Notes under the pieces: generated by a model
What the model was told of the DNA's origin: nothing
Seen by the model: only the letters and a program-made list of their open reading frames with translations
Database searches by the model: none
Source of the DNA: a virus
Direction: 5' to 3' (one strand)
IMG/VR virus record: IMGVR_UViG_3300040801_001654
Location: 1 to 45,808 of that record
DNA length: 45,808 nucleotides
Part shown: positions 1 to 8,512 of the stretch, in pieces
Layout: the number at the start of each line of letters is the position of its first letter
How positions within the stretch are numbered: position 1 is the first letter of the stretch
Position numbers and translations under genes: made by a program

Positions 1-117
1 CCACAAACGACGAGCTATTAGAAAAGTTATTACTTCAGTATGGTAAGCAAAGCCAGCCCAAGGTTGGTGTGTTTAACCGCATATTAGCCCCCTTAACAGG
101 GGTAGGTTCTGCTATAG
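1..117. repeat. 117-bp terminal direct repeat, identical to 45692..45808 (closure overlap of a circular or terminally redundant genome)
   Basis: Read base by base: ccacaaacgacgagc...ggttctgctatag occurs at both ends of the window. Confidence 0.95.
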
Positions 118-3100
118 ATGCATACTATGATGCAAAGTTTGAAGATAAAAACACTAATATATTGAATATCTTAAAGAACTATGGTAAGAATGTATTACAG
201 GGTTTTGGTACCCTAGTTACGGGTAAGTCTTATGAAAACCTAGAGGGTATGTCGGAGCTGTTGGATAAAACCAACCCAGCCTGGAAGTATAGTGGACTAG
301 GAGCCAGTCCTTGGGGTAGAATGGGTGTTGATATAGCAGCAGGGTTGGTAACAGACCCATTAACATACGCCAGTTTTGGGGCAACAGCCCTTAAACCAGG
401 GGTGGTCGATGATGTATTAAGAGGGGTAACAGGTGGAGGAGTTTCAGACGATGTAATTAAGGCTATTGCCTCTAAAGGTGGCACCATAGATGATGCAACT
501 AAGGCAGTGCTTAACACGCTAGGTCAGGAGACGGCAGACCAGTTTTATAAGGGAGTCCTTTCACAGGTAGGTAAGGATACCGCTAAAAAGGGTGCACTTA
601 AGTTCCTCGGTCAGACGGTAACAGAATCTCCTAAGGCAGTGAAGGCGGCTAAGTGGGTGGTAGACCCATTGAGTTCTTCACTAGGATTAATGGATAAGGG
701 AGCGGCTAAGTATGCACCAAAAGCTAGGAATGCTATGTTAGAAATGTTCAATCCTAAGAAGTTAGCAGAGGAGAGTGGAGTAGCAGGGTTAGCGGATGTA
801 ATGGAACAATACAATAGGAAGAAGGGTTCTGTTATGAAGACCGCAGCTGGTCAGTTACAAGAGGCTGGGATAATAAACTCTTATAAGAATATACCTAAGG
901 AATATAGGGGTGAACTCAACGAGCTTATTGAGAAGAGCCTTGTAGCATTTGAACAGGGTGAGGAGGCCCAGGAATTACTTAAGAGGAAGGACGAAATCAT
1001 TCCTGCCCTTGAGCAATTTATGGGAGACTACCCAACTACAACACTAGACGACATATTCCCAGAAGGACCGTTTGCTATCTCACGTGGTAGACCAGACCAG
1101 ATGACGTTTGATGACATAATACTAAGTAGACCAGCAGAGCTTATGGACGAAATAAGAACGAGGGGTGGACAGCTATCCTTTGAATCACTAGATGCCCTTG
1201 GACTGGAGGACCTAGCTAAGAAGGCTGATATAGAGCAGGCTCCTATAGATGAAATAATGAAGACACTAAGCCCTACACAGCAGGACATTATAACTAAGTT
1301 GTTATCAGAAAAGGGTGGCTATGAAGGAAACTTTGAAAAGTATATTGGAAATCTTACAGGTAAGAAAGGTATTCAGATGTCTTTACCAGAGGATGTGCCA
1401 GACAGCGTCAGGAAATTCTTGGAGGACTACACTGAGTTCCAGGCTGGAAAAACAGGACAGTTACAGAAGCTCGGGCTACCCGTTATAGACCCAAGAGAAC
1501 AGGGGTATCTACATAGGGCACCATCTGAGGTAAGGGAGAGATTTTTTAAAAAATATCTGCGTAAAGAACTGGGTAAGGAGGGAATAGAGAAGGTTTTAAA
1601 TGATAAGAGAATAGTTAAAGAACTTCAGAAGGATGGTAAGGTTCCAGTTGAGGTGTTGAGAAAGGTACTGGGAGAGGATGCAACAGGACTGTTTAAAAAA
1701 TATAGTCTTGGGGAATTTGGCGAGGCAATAGCAGGGGGTGGGGCTGGTAAGGATAGAATATTCCCTACTTTTGAGGCTGCTAAGGCCGCAGGTTTAGTTT
1801 ACTCGGATGAGCCAATAGAAGATATCTTTAAGCAGACTATACGACAGGACGAACAGATGTTGGCAGCCAGGGCGGTCAATGATATGATGAAGCTAGAGAG
1901 GCCTAACGGTGCACCGCTATTTTTAGACAAGCCACAAGGGTTACAAACAACACCAGTCACTATACCAGGGTCAGACTTTGGCAAAATGTATACAGACAGT
2001 AAGACCGCCAAGATAGCAGAAGATTACGTTGCCAAGTTCACTAAGGATGAGGGGCTGGAGACTATAATGACACAGTTTGATAAGGCACAGTCTTATTGGA
2101 AGAGGTGGGTTACTGGTGAAGGTCCTAACGTAGTAGGCTATCACGCAAGGAATGCTATTGACGACAATATTAGAATGGTGTTGGACGGACACAACGTAGC
2201 CAGGTTACCAGAGCACTACTCAATAGCGGATGACCTGTTTAAGTATGAGGAGTTAGCAGAGAAGGTAGGCTTTGAGGAGGCAAACAGGGTGTTTGATTCT
2301 AGTAGGGTAGACCAATTCTATAAGAGAATGGGTATGGATGTGGAGAATGGAGCAGAGAAGCTCTGGAGGGATATGATAGAGAACGGAGTATACGCAGACG
2401 TAACACAGAGTACCTCACAGATGGGTAAGGGCGTTGATGAGATACTTGGTGAGCTAACTGGTGTGAGTGTGGGTAAGAGACCCGATTGGTATGAGAAGAT
2501 ACTAACCTTGGATGGTAAACTACCTAAGAGAGAACAAGCCTCTAGAATAGCACACTATCTAGACACCTTTGAGAAGACTGGTAGTGTAAGTGAAGGTGTT
2601 GAAGCAGTTAAGAGGGTACTGTTTAACTATAATGAATTAACTAAAGCAGAGCAACAGGTGTTCAAGAGAATAATACCTTTCTATGGGTTTGCTAAGAACA
2701 ACTTACTCTTTTATTTACAAACATTAAAGGACAACCCAGAGAAGTTGGCAAGATTCTCTAATGTAATTGAAGGATTACAGAGTGGGTCACAGAGTTTGTA
2801 TGGAGAAGAGTGGGAGGCTATGCCTGACTATATGAAAGAACAGTTTACAGTACCATTTGGTAAGACACCAGAGGGGGAACTCAAGGTGTTCGGCGGATTA
2901 CGACCCAGCTTTGAGGCACTCAGCGACTTTATGCCAAGCCAGTGGGGTAACCTACTCGGACCAGCACCTACTATGGGGGTAGAAGCAATGACTGGTAAGG
3001 ACCTATTTACTGGACAGGAGCTTATGGAGATGACTTCGGGTGGTAGGTATAGAGACTACCCACAGTGGATGAAAGACCTACTAGGGTATAAGGAGTTTGA

Positions 3101-3434
3101 GACTGGTAAGGCAGGGCAGGAGTATACAAAGAGGATGGTCAGCCCAGAGAGGAGATATATATTTGAGGGACTACCTGGAATATCAAATCTCTTTACTTCA
3201 ATAGGAAGAACAGGTGCTGCACTCAACCAGGAGGAGTCTTGGGATAAGATTAGAGACTTGACAAGAAGCCAATTTCCTGCTAAAATATATAAGCAAAATA
3301 TAGAGGATGCTCTCGAGATGGAAGAGAGGGGTAAGTATGATGAACTTTATAAGCTCCTCCAACGCAAGGGTATTGCGGATGTATACAAAAGTTTCTATAT
3401 ACCTAAGGGCCTGAGGGAGGAATTATTAAAGTAA
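69..3434 (+). CDS. Very large virion-associated protein (putative internal/ejection protein). The true start is ATG 45664 across the junction, giving about 1153 aa.
   Basis: Longest ORF in the window. Its frame is open from base 3 and in frame with ATG 45664 through the 117-bp overlap. It sits after LysM and Gln/Gly-rich virion proteins and before the lysis genes. No catalytic motif recognised. Confidence 0.85.
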   Translation: MFNRILAPLTGVGSAIDAYYDAKFEDKNTNILNILKNYGKNVLQGFGTLVTGKSYENLEGMSELLDKTNPAWKYSGLGASPWGRMGVDIAAGLVTDPLTYASFGATALKPGVVDDVLRGVTGGGVSDDVIKAIASKGGTIDDATKAVLNTLGQETADQFYKGVLSQVGKDTAKKGALKFLGQTVTESPKAVKAAKWVVDPLSSSLGLMDKGAAKYAPKARNAMLEMFNPKKLAEESGVAGLADVMEQYNRKKGSVMKTAAGQLQEAGIINSYKNIPKEYRGELNELIEKSLVAFEQGEEAQELLKRKDEIIPALEQFMGDYPTTTLDDIFPEGPFAISRGRPDQMTFDDIILSRPAELMDEIRTRGGQLSFESLDALGLEDLAKKADIEQAPIDEIMKTLSPTQQDIITKLLSEKGGYEGNFEKYIGNLTGKKGIQMSLPEDVPDSVRKFLEDYTEFQAGKTGQLQKLGLPVIDPREQGYLHRAPSEVRERFFKKYLRKELGKEGIEKVLNDKRIVKELQKDGKVPVEVLRKVLGEDATGLFKKYSLGEFGEAIAGGGAGKDRIFPTFEAAKAAGLVYSDEPIEDIFKQTIRQDEQMLAARAVNDMMKLERPNGAPLFLDKPQGLQTTPVTIPGSDFGKMYTDSKTAKIAEDYVAKFTKDEGLETIMTQFDKAQSYWKRWVTGEGPNVVGYHARNAIDDNIRMVLDGHNVARLPEHYSIADDLFKYEELAEKVGFEEANRVFDSSRVDQFYKRMGMDVENGAEKLWRDMIENGVYADVTQSTSQMGKGVDEILGELTGVSVGKRPDWYEKILTLDGKLPKREQASRIAHYLDTFEKTGSVSEGVEAVKRVLFNYNELTKAEQQVFKRIIPFYGFAKNNLLFYLQTLKDNPEKLARFSNVIEGLQSGSQSLYGEEWEAMPDYMKEQFTVPFGKTPEGELKVFGGLRPSFEALSDFMPSQWGNLLGPAPTMGVEAMTGKDLFTGQELMEMTSGGRYRDYPQWMKDLLGYKEFETGKAGQEYTKRMVSPERRYIFEGLPGISNLFTSIGRTGAALNQEESWDKIRDLTRSQFPAKIYKQNIEDALEMEERGKYDELYKLLQRKGIADVYKSFYIPKGLREELLK

Positions 3435-3445
3435 CACAACATATT

Positions 3446-3697
3446 ATGAACGAATCAGAACTTGCCACATTAATGGCTACAGTGAGAAATATAGAGAAAG
3501 AAGTGGCCGAGTTAAAGGTTACGGTGAGGGAGAGTTATCAAACTAAAGAGGGTTCTATAAACTTAAGGACCGTAGTGGAACAGAACTGTAAAGATATTAA
3601 AGAGATACAGGGTAACCTCTCAAAGGCGGTATGGATAGTACTTAGTGCTGTCATGACTGCAGTAATATATTTGGTCATTAGAAATGGAGGCGGATAG
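3446..3697 (+). CDS. XhlA-like lysis-associated membrane protein (coiled coil plus C-terminal TM)
   Basis: 83 aa. N-terminal coiled coil (LATLMATVRNIEKEVAELKV) and a single C-terminal TM (VWIVLSAVMTAVIYLVI). First gene of the lysis cluster. Confidence 0.45.
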   Translation: MNESELATLMATVRNIEKEVAELKVTVRESYQTKEGSINLRTVVEQNCKDIKEIQGNLSKAVWIVLSAVMTAVIYLVIRNGGG

Positions 3698-3698
3698 A

Positions 3699-4145
3699 AT
3701 GTGTGAAGACAGATATAATAATAAGTTTAATAGCTGGGCGCTTAACTTTTTGGTTGTTGTAGTCACTGGGCTATTAGCTTTGGTATTATATTGGCACTTA
3801 AGGGACTATAATATTATAGAGTATAACATAGAACGTATTGAAATGGTGAAGGATGAATATGTGGTAGGAGAACCCCTGTCATACAGGTTGTCCTTCTGTA
3901 AAGAGGGCGACTTAGAGGCTACGGTTTTAAGATATGTTAAGGATACCGTAATATATTCCTACCCAGAGACAACCTCAAGTTTTGAGGAAGGGTGTAGTGA
4001 TTTTATAAGTACCAGTACATTGACACCTAATGTTCCTGAAGGGGAATATAGGTATGAGAACACTATTATTTATCACGTGAACCCTATTAAAACAGTAAAG
4101 TACACTATAGAATCAGAGCCATTTAAAATCACTAATCCTAATTGA
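3699..4145 (+). CDS. Type II membrane-anchored protein, function unknown (lysis cluster)
   Basis: ATG 3699 has GGAGG 8 nt upstream, whereas the ORF-track start 3684 overlaps the previous gene. N-terminal TM WALNFLVVVVTGLLALVLYW. Confidence 0.6.
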   Translation: MCEDRYNNKFNSWALNFLVVVVTGLLALVLYWHLRDYNIIEYNIERIEMVKDEYVVGEPLSYRLSFCKEGDLEATVLRYVKDTVIYSYPETTSSFEEGCSDFISTSTLTPNVPEGEYRYENTIIYHVNPIKTVKYTIESEPFKITNPN

Positions 4146-4805
4146 ATGACCCTATTAGACTTAATGAAGAACTTTGGTACGCAGACGGTTAATGGATACC
4201 AAGTTCCTGGAAACCCCTCACCAGCACTACCTGCCTGGTACGAAAGCCCAAAGAAAAGACATAAATCATACCCAGATTATTATACAAAGACAATAGGAAA
4301 TGAGTGGACACCAGCCCCATTTGCGGAGGGTGCCCCTGAAAATGTAATGGATTTTTATAATAAATATAGATATAACTCGAACGGAGCAGGTACATTTGAG
4401 AGCCCACTTAACCCAGAATATATACAAGTGTTATGGAACGAAATAAATCAACAAGCACCAGACCTCTCAAATAACAATAAATTAGCATTTTTAGAAACAA
4501 TGCTTAGTATGACGCACCTGGAATCACATGGTGGCTATGATGCTGGGTGGCAACCAAGAAAAACAAATGTTTGGAATATGGGATATAATGGTAAGAACCC
4601 CTCACTAAGTTATGACCCAGAGTCTATTCAAGAAATGGCAGACTTTGAGGTGGAGCGTGCTATGAATAGATTTGGAATGTTAAAAAACAAGGGGATGTCA
4701 GATGAGGCTCTGCGCCTGTATACTCCCGATATGTCCCCCGAGGATTATAGAAAGTATATGAATACCTGGCATACCATAACTGGAATAAGAACGCCTTGGG
4801 AATAA
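4146..4805 (+). CDS. Hypothetical protein (lysis cluster)
   Basis: 219-aa ORF. ATG abuts the upstream TGA. No motif recognised. Confidence 0.6.
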   Translation: MTLLDLMKNFGTQTVNGYQVPGNPSPALPAWYESPKKRHKSYPDYYTKTIGNEWTPAPFAEGAPENVMDFYNKYRYNSNGAGTFESPLNPEYIQVLWNEINQQAPDLSNNNKLAFLETMLSMTHLESHGGYDAGWQPRKTNVWNMGYNGKNPSLSYDPESIQEMADFEVERAMNRFGMLKNKGMSDEALRLYTPDMSPEDYRKYMNTWHTITGIRTPWE

Positions 4806-4815
4806 TTACAGGACA

Positions 4816-4844
4816 TTGACATCAGATTTAATTTGTGTTAAAAT
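4816..4844 (+). promoter_or_regulatory. sigma70-type promoter TTGACA-N17-TAAAAT, 5 nt before ATG 4850
   Basis: TTGACA 4816-4821, 17-nt spacer, TAAAAT 4839-4844. No SD between the -10 box and the ATG. Confidence 0.6.
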
Positions 4845-4849
4845 AATAC

Positions 4850-5932
4850 ATGGCTAAATTAGGGAACCCTTTTGGAAAAGGAAATAGAGTTTTTATAACA
4901 CAGACCTATCACGGTAGCGCTAATACAGCGATAGATTGTTATGGTGCTACATACCAAGCCAACCTACCAGTATACGCAATAGCAGACGGACAGATTATTA
5001 AAGCTAGTACAGGTAGTGGGAGTTGGTGTGCATTAAAGCCAGACAATTCTGACATAACTATATGGTATGTACACGTATACAACTGGTTGAAGATAGGAAC
5101 AAGGGTTAAGAAAGGACAAAGGATATGTGAGATAGCACCTAAAAGTAAGAACGGTGGGTACCCAGAGCACCTACACCTAGGACTTACACCTAAAGGGGAG
5201 CACTTTATAATGAATTACTTTGATAGAGTAATCCCCTTTAGAACTAAGTATAGTGATATTAAAAGAAGCTGGTTTAAGGGAGACGGAACCCTAGACTGGA
5301 GTAAGTTTAAGGATTTAAGTTATACTAATAATATTATGGGAAAAGTAAGTAAAGGAAAAAACTATGAGTTCACTAACTCAGACAAATTAAATGTTAGGGA
5401 CAAACCTAACGGAGGTTTGGTCTTACAATTACCAGAGAATAAGAAAGCAGTAGCCTTAGCACTCACAGATGGAGTGAAGGATGGTGATTTTATCTGGAAC
5501 TTATACGCAGGCTGTGGATGGGGTGGTTGGATGGCAGAGAATTGGAGTAAAGAAACAAGTAGAAAAGTTACCGACATAAATGGAAAGGATGTTACAGTTT
5601 CCGACTGTTCTAAGCAAGAACAAAGGATACAGGAATTAGAGCAAGGTATAAAGATACTAGAAGAGGAAATCACACCCCTTAGAATGGCGCTAAGAGCCTC
5701 AGAGGAGGGTACTAGGCTGGCACTTGAGAGGGTGGAATTATTGGAGGCTAACCTAGAGGAGAGGGAGAAGGAATTACAGGAGATTGAGATAGCGTATGAT
5801 AGGGTTAAGGATGAGAGAGACAGGTTTGAAGCAGAGAAGAATGAGCTGTTGATGCACGGCACACTAGCCAGTGCTACGACAGGTGAGATATTTGCTGAAA
5901 TATGGAGACGTATAACACGTTCTATAAAGTAG
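4850..5932 (+). CDS. Endolysin: M23 (LytM-type) metallopeptidase plus SH3b-like domain plus C-terminal coiled coil
   Basis: YHGSANTAID...PVYAIADGQII...WYVHV...GTRVKKGQRI...GYPEHLHLG matches the M23 pattern including HxH. Central NVRDKPNGG...VLQL is SH3-like. The last ~100 aa are heptad-rich E/L/R coiled coil. Confidence 0.8.
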   Translation: MAKLGNPFGKGNRVFITQTYHGSANTAIDCYGATYQANLPVYAIADGQIIKASTGSGSWCALKPDNSDITIWYVHVYNWLKIGTRVKKGQRICEIAPKSKNGGYPEHLHLGLTPKGEHFIMNYFDRVIPFRTKYSDIKRSWFKGDGTLDWSKFKDLSYTNNIMGKVSKGKNYEFTNSDKLNVRDKPNGGLVLQLPENKKAVALALTDGVKDGDFIWNLYAGCGWGGWMAENWSKETSRKVTDINGKDVTVSDCSKQEQRIQELEQGIKILEEEITPLRMALRASEEGTRLALERVELLEANLEEREKELQEIEIAYDRVKDERDRFEAEKNELLMHGTLASATTGEIFAEIWRRITRSIK

Positions 5933-6007
5933 GCTTAAATTATTAGTAACCTTATTATTAAAACTTTTGATAGTGTAGGTACAATATTAAGAAAGGAACA
6001 AAAGAGG

Positions 6008-6097
6008 GTGGATAGAATATTAAACATAATATCGTATGTCAACTTATTAGTATTTGTTATTGTTATGTTACTTAAATTTATTTTATCAAAGGTATGA
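6008..6097 (+). CDS. Possible 29-aa hydrophobic peptide translationally coupled to the holin
   Basis: GTG 6008. Stop TGA overlaps ATG 6094 (ATGA). Sequence is almost all hydrophobic (LLVFVIVMLLKFIL). Below the ORF-track cutoff and the RBS is weak. Confidence 0.25.
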   Translation: MDRILNIISYVNLLVFVIVMLLKFILSKV

Positions 6098-6321
6098 CAG
6101 AAATAACCAGACAAGAGAGGCTGGATTTTGCAGGGGCTAAAGTCCTTAAGGCTTTAAAGTGGATAGTACTTTCAGGTACTGCCACATTCTTCCTAACAGG
6201 TGTCGTTGACATCGTTGCGGAGATACAGTTACCATACTGGGCAACCCTAATGGTATACTTAGTTATTAATACCACAATCTACGGTATTGCTGAGTATGTT
6301 AAGGGTCACAACGGAGAATAA
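6094..6321 (+). CDS. Putative holin (two TM segments)
   Basis: 75 aa with two hydrophobic spans (WIVLSGTATFFLTGVVDIV, WATLMVYLVINTTIYGIA). Adjacent to the endolysin. Confidence 0.5.
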   Translation: MTEITRQERLDFAGAKVLKALKWIVLSGTATFFLTGVVDIVAEIQLPYWATLMVYLVINTTIYGIAEYVKGHNGE

Positions 6322-6342
6322 ATAACTTAAAGAAATACACTT

Positions 6343-7302
6343 ATGCCAGAGAAAGGATTATATACTGGTCCAGACGAATCTAGTTTCAAAAGTGATAGAG
6401 AGGTTAAATTAGAAGCAATAAGGAGTGGAACGTTTCAGTGGGAGGGTCAGTCAGACCTAGAAGAAATAAGAAGGAGAAGTTTTGAAGAGTGGCAGGGAGA
6501 GGTACTTAGGAGGAAGGAGAGTAGAGAGGACCTACAGGGGATACCTGAGGTTCAAAGAATTAATTTCAATGGAAAGGAGCCAGTAACTCTGGCATTATTA
6601 GGGGATGTGCACGCAGGTGCAGACAACTGTGACTATGAGTTGTTCGGAGAGACTATAGAGCTTATAAAGAATGACCCACAGGTTAAGGCTGTACTTATGG
6701 GGGATTTAATAGACGCATTCTTTTGGAACCAAGCACTCCAAGGGGATATGTTAAACCATAATGAACAGCTACATTACATGCAGTCAGCACTAGATGCAAT
6801 AGACGGAGAGATAGTTGGTGCATTCAAAGGCAATCATGAAAGGTGGTCGGAGAAAACAACAGTAAGTCCGTTGTATTATAAGTGGATAGAAAAATACGGT
6901 ACGCCCTACTTTGAGGGTAAGGGTATCTTGCAGATAAACTTTCCCAAGGTTATGTATAACCTAGAGGGTAGTCATAGATTTCCAGGCCATAGTATGTATA
7001 ACGATAACCACCCTCAGATGAGGGAGGCACGCTTTGGTAATCAGGGGTTAGATATATATGTAAGTGGTCACACTCATAAGAAGAGTTACCACACACAGTA
7101 TATTAATGTACAAAATGAGAGGATACAACAACACTATATTAACGTTGGTTCATTTAAAGGACACGATGGATATGGTGCTGATAAGGGGTATGACCCATTT
7201 AAAGATGACCAGTTAGGTGCTGTGTTTATAACGCTAGACCCTAACACTAAGGCTGTTGATGTTGATATGAGTTTAGAGCAGGTGTTTAATAGATTAAATT
7301 AA
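6343..7302 (+). CDS. Calcineurin-like metallophosphoesterase
   Basis: Motif series LLGDVHAG / LMGDLID / GNHE / SGHTHK. Confidence 0.8.
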   Translation: MPEKGLYTGPDESSFKSDREVKLEAIRSGTFQWEGQSDLEEIRRRSFEEWQGEVLRRKESREDLQGIPEVQRINFNGKEPVTLALLGDVHAGADNCDYELFGETIELIKNDPQVKAVLMGDLIDAFFWNQALQGDMLNHNEQLHYMQSALDAIDGEIVGAFKGNHERWSEKTTVSPLYYKWIEKYGTPYFEGKGILQINFPKVMYNLEGSHRFPGHSMYNDNHPQMREARFGNQGLDIYVSGHTHKKSYHTQYINVQNERIQQHYINVGSFKGHDGYGADKGYDPFKDDQLGAVFITLDPNTKAVDVDMSLEQVFNRLN

Positions 7303-7355
7303 TTCAATATAAGTATGGTAACTCGACAAAAATGTGAGGTATATAGTCGTGGGTC

Positions 7356-7385
7356 TTGACAAGAACCTATAGTGTGTGGTATACT
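7356..7385 (+). promoter_or_regulatory. sigma70-type promoter TTGACA-N18-TATACT with CTATAG in the spacer
   Basis: TTGACA 7356-7361, TATACT 7380-7385, CCTATAGT at 7366-7373. Confidence 0.55.
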
Positions 7386-7413
7386 CTATGTATTAAATTC
7401 ATATTATATACAA

Positions 7414-7893
7414 ATGAGTAAAAGAAATAAGAAGGGGCAGTTTGTTAGGACAAACGGCTCCACAAAAAGAAAGAGGGTACAGTATAAGGGCTCCCATATG
7501 CACAGGTATCAAAGAAAGTTCTGTGAAGAGTTAAAGATTAATAAAATTCCAAAAGGCTTTGTGGTTCATCACATAGATGGAGACCCAACAAATGATGACA
7601 TAGAAAATCTTGCTCTTATGACCCATACAGCACATAATAATATACACCCTAAGGACAGACCTATATGGAATAAGGGATTAACAGTAGAAACTAGTGATAA
7701 GTGGAGAAAGACAATTGAAAAGGCACAGGAGAGTAGAGAGGAACACTTCTTCCCACTCTTTAGGGAGACATTCCTTCTTAGAAAAGGAGGTATGACTCTA
7801 CAACAGATAGCTGACGAGCAGGGTATCTCTCGTAGACAGGTATCTGACAGATTAAATAGATACCACGAACTAAAAGAAAAATATGAGAACTAA
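7414..7893 (+). CDS. Free-standing HNH endonuclease with C-terminal HTH (homing-endonuclease type)
   Basis: HHIDGDPTNDDIENLALMTHTAHNNIH is an HNH motif. C-terminal GMTLQQIADEQGISRRQVSDRL is an HTH. ATG 7414 chosen because the track start 7372 lies inside the promoter. Confidence 0.75.
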   Translation: MSKRNKKGQFVRTNGSTKRKRVQYKGSHMHRYQRKFCEELKINKIPKGFVVHHIDGDPTNDDIENLALMTHTAHNNIHPKDRPIWNKGLTVETSDKWRKTIEKAQESREEHFFPLFRETFLLRKGGMTLQQIADEQGISRRQVSDRLNRYHELKEKYEN

Positions 7894-8022
7894 GGAACCT
7901 CAATGTACACCCGCACCTGTCAAGAGACAGCGTTGTGAGGTGTACTCGTAGCGAGAGTTGTTGGATTCATCCGACCATTACGCCAGTGGAATAACGGCAA
8001 GCAGGCTGAATTCAAAGACCGA

Positions 8023-8062
8023 AAAGTTTTCAAGAGAGGGGAACAGGACTAAGCCTATGTGT
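8023..8062. terminator. 9-bp GC hairpin at the convergence of the two arms (possible bidirectional terminator)
   Basis: AGAGAGGGG (8023-8031) pairs with CCCCTCTCT (8054-8062). Located between the + arm end (7893) and the - arm end (8084). The loop is long (22 nt) and the U-tracts are weak. Confidence 0.35.
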
Positions 8063-8083
8063 GCCCCTCTCTTAGGCTCTTCT

Positions 8084-8332
8084 TCAGATTGGTACTGTAT
8101 CGTTTCCATACATTTGATGGTGTTCTCTGTGGCATTCAGCACACAATAATACAGTATTCTCTGGTGAGTTAGTACCACCTCGGCACTTGTTTAGTATATG
8201 GTGTACTTCAAGACGATTATGTTTCGTCTCTGTCCTTCCACACAAGTGGCAACGGTGGTTGTAACGTTCGTGAACCCTCTTCTTCCATCCCTTCTTGTCT
8301 CGCTTCTTGCGTCGCTTCGACACCGTGTTCAC
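8084..8332 (-). CDS. HNH endonuclease
   Basis: CHLCG...EVHHI...GGTN...LLCAECH signature. GTG start lies directly after an in-frame TAG. Confidence 0.7.
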   Translation of the reverse strand: MNTVSKRRKKRDKKGWKKRVHERYNHRCHLCGRTETKHNRLEVHHILNKCRGGTNSPENTVLLCAECHREHHQMYGNDTVPI

Positions 8333-8450
8333 CTACCTTTCTAAGGTGGTATAATTTGTTCTCGATTGCACATCTTAAACAAACCGTAAAGAATGGTGAT
8401 TGGGTTGTTCTGAATAGTACCTTGGTATTACCACAAAATACGCACTTCAT
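8217..8450 (-). CDS. Small zinc-ribbon ORF whose 3' part overlaps the HNH ORF out of frame
   Basis: AGGAGG SD upstream of ATG 8450. CVFCG...CLRC zinc ribbon in the first 39 aa. The last 38 codons overlap 8084..8332 and look unlike protein. Confidence 0.5.
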   Translation of the reverse strand: MKCVFCGNTKVLFRTTQSPFFTVCLRCAIENKLYHLRKVGEHGVEATQEARQEGMEEEGSRTLQPPLPLVWKDRDET

Positions 8451-8512
8451 TTTAAACCTCCTGTATTGTAAAGAGCCTCGAGTTAAAAACTCGTAAAGGG
8501 GAGTACCCCTTA

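Noticed and set aside
7965-8005. gttggattcatccgaccattacgcca looked like a tRNA T-arm plus acceptor plus CCA.
   Set aside because: The T-loop does not fit UUCRANY, and no complementary 5' acceptor strand exists at tRNA distance upstream.
7303-8083. A group I intron carrying the HNH gene 7414-7893, given the structured flanks.
   Set aside because: No split host gene is present. The upstream phosphoesterase ORF ends with its own stop and looks complete, and there is no downstream exon on the + strand. The HNH gene also has its own promoter.
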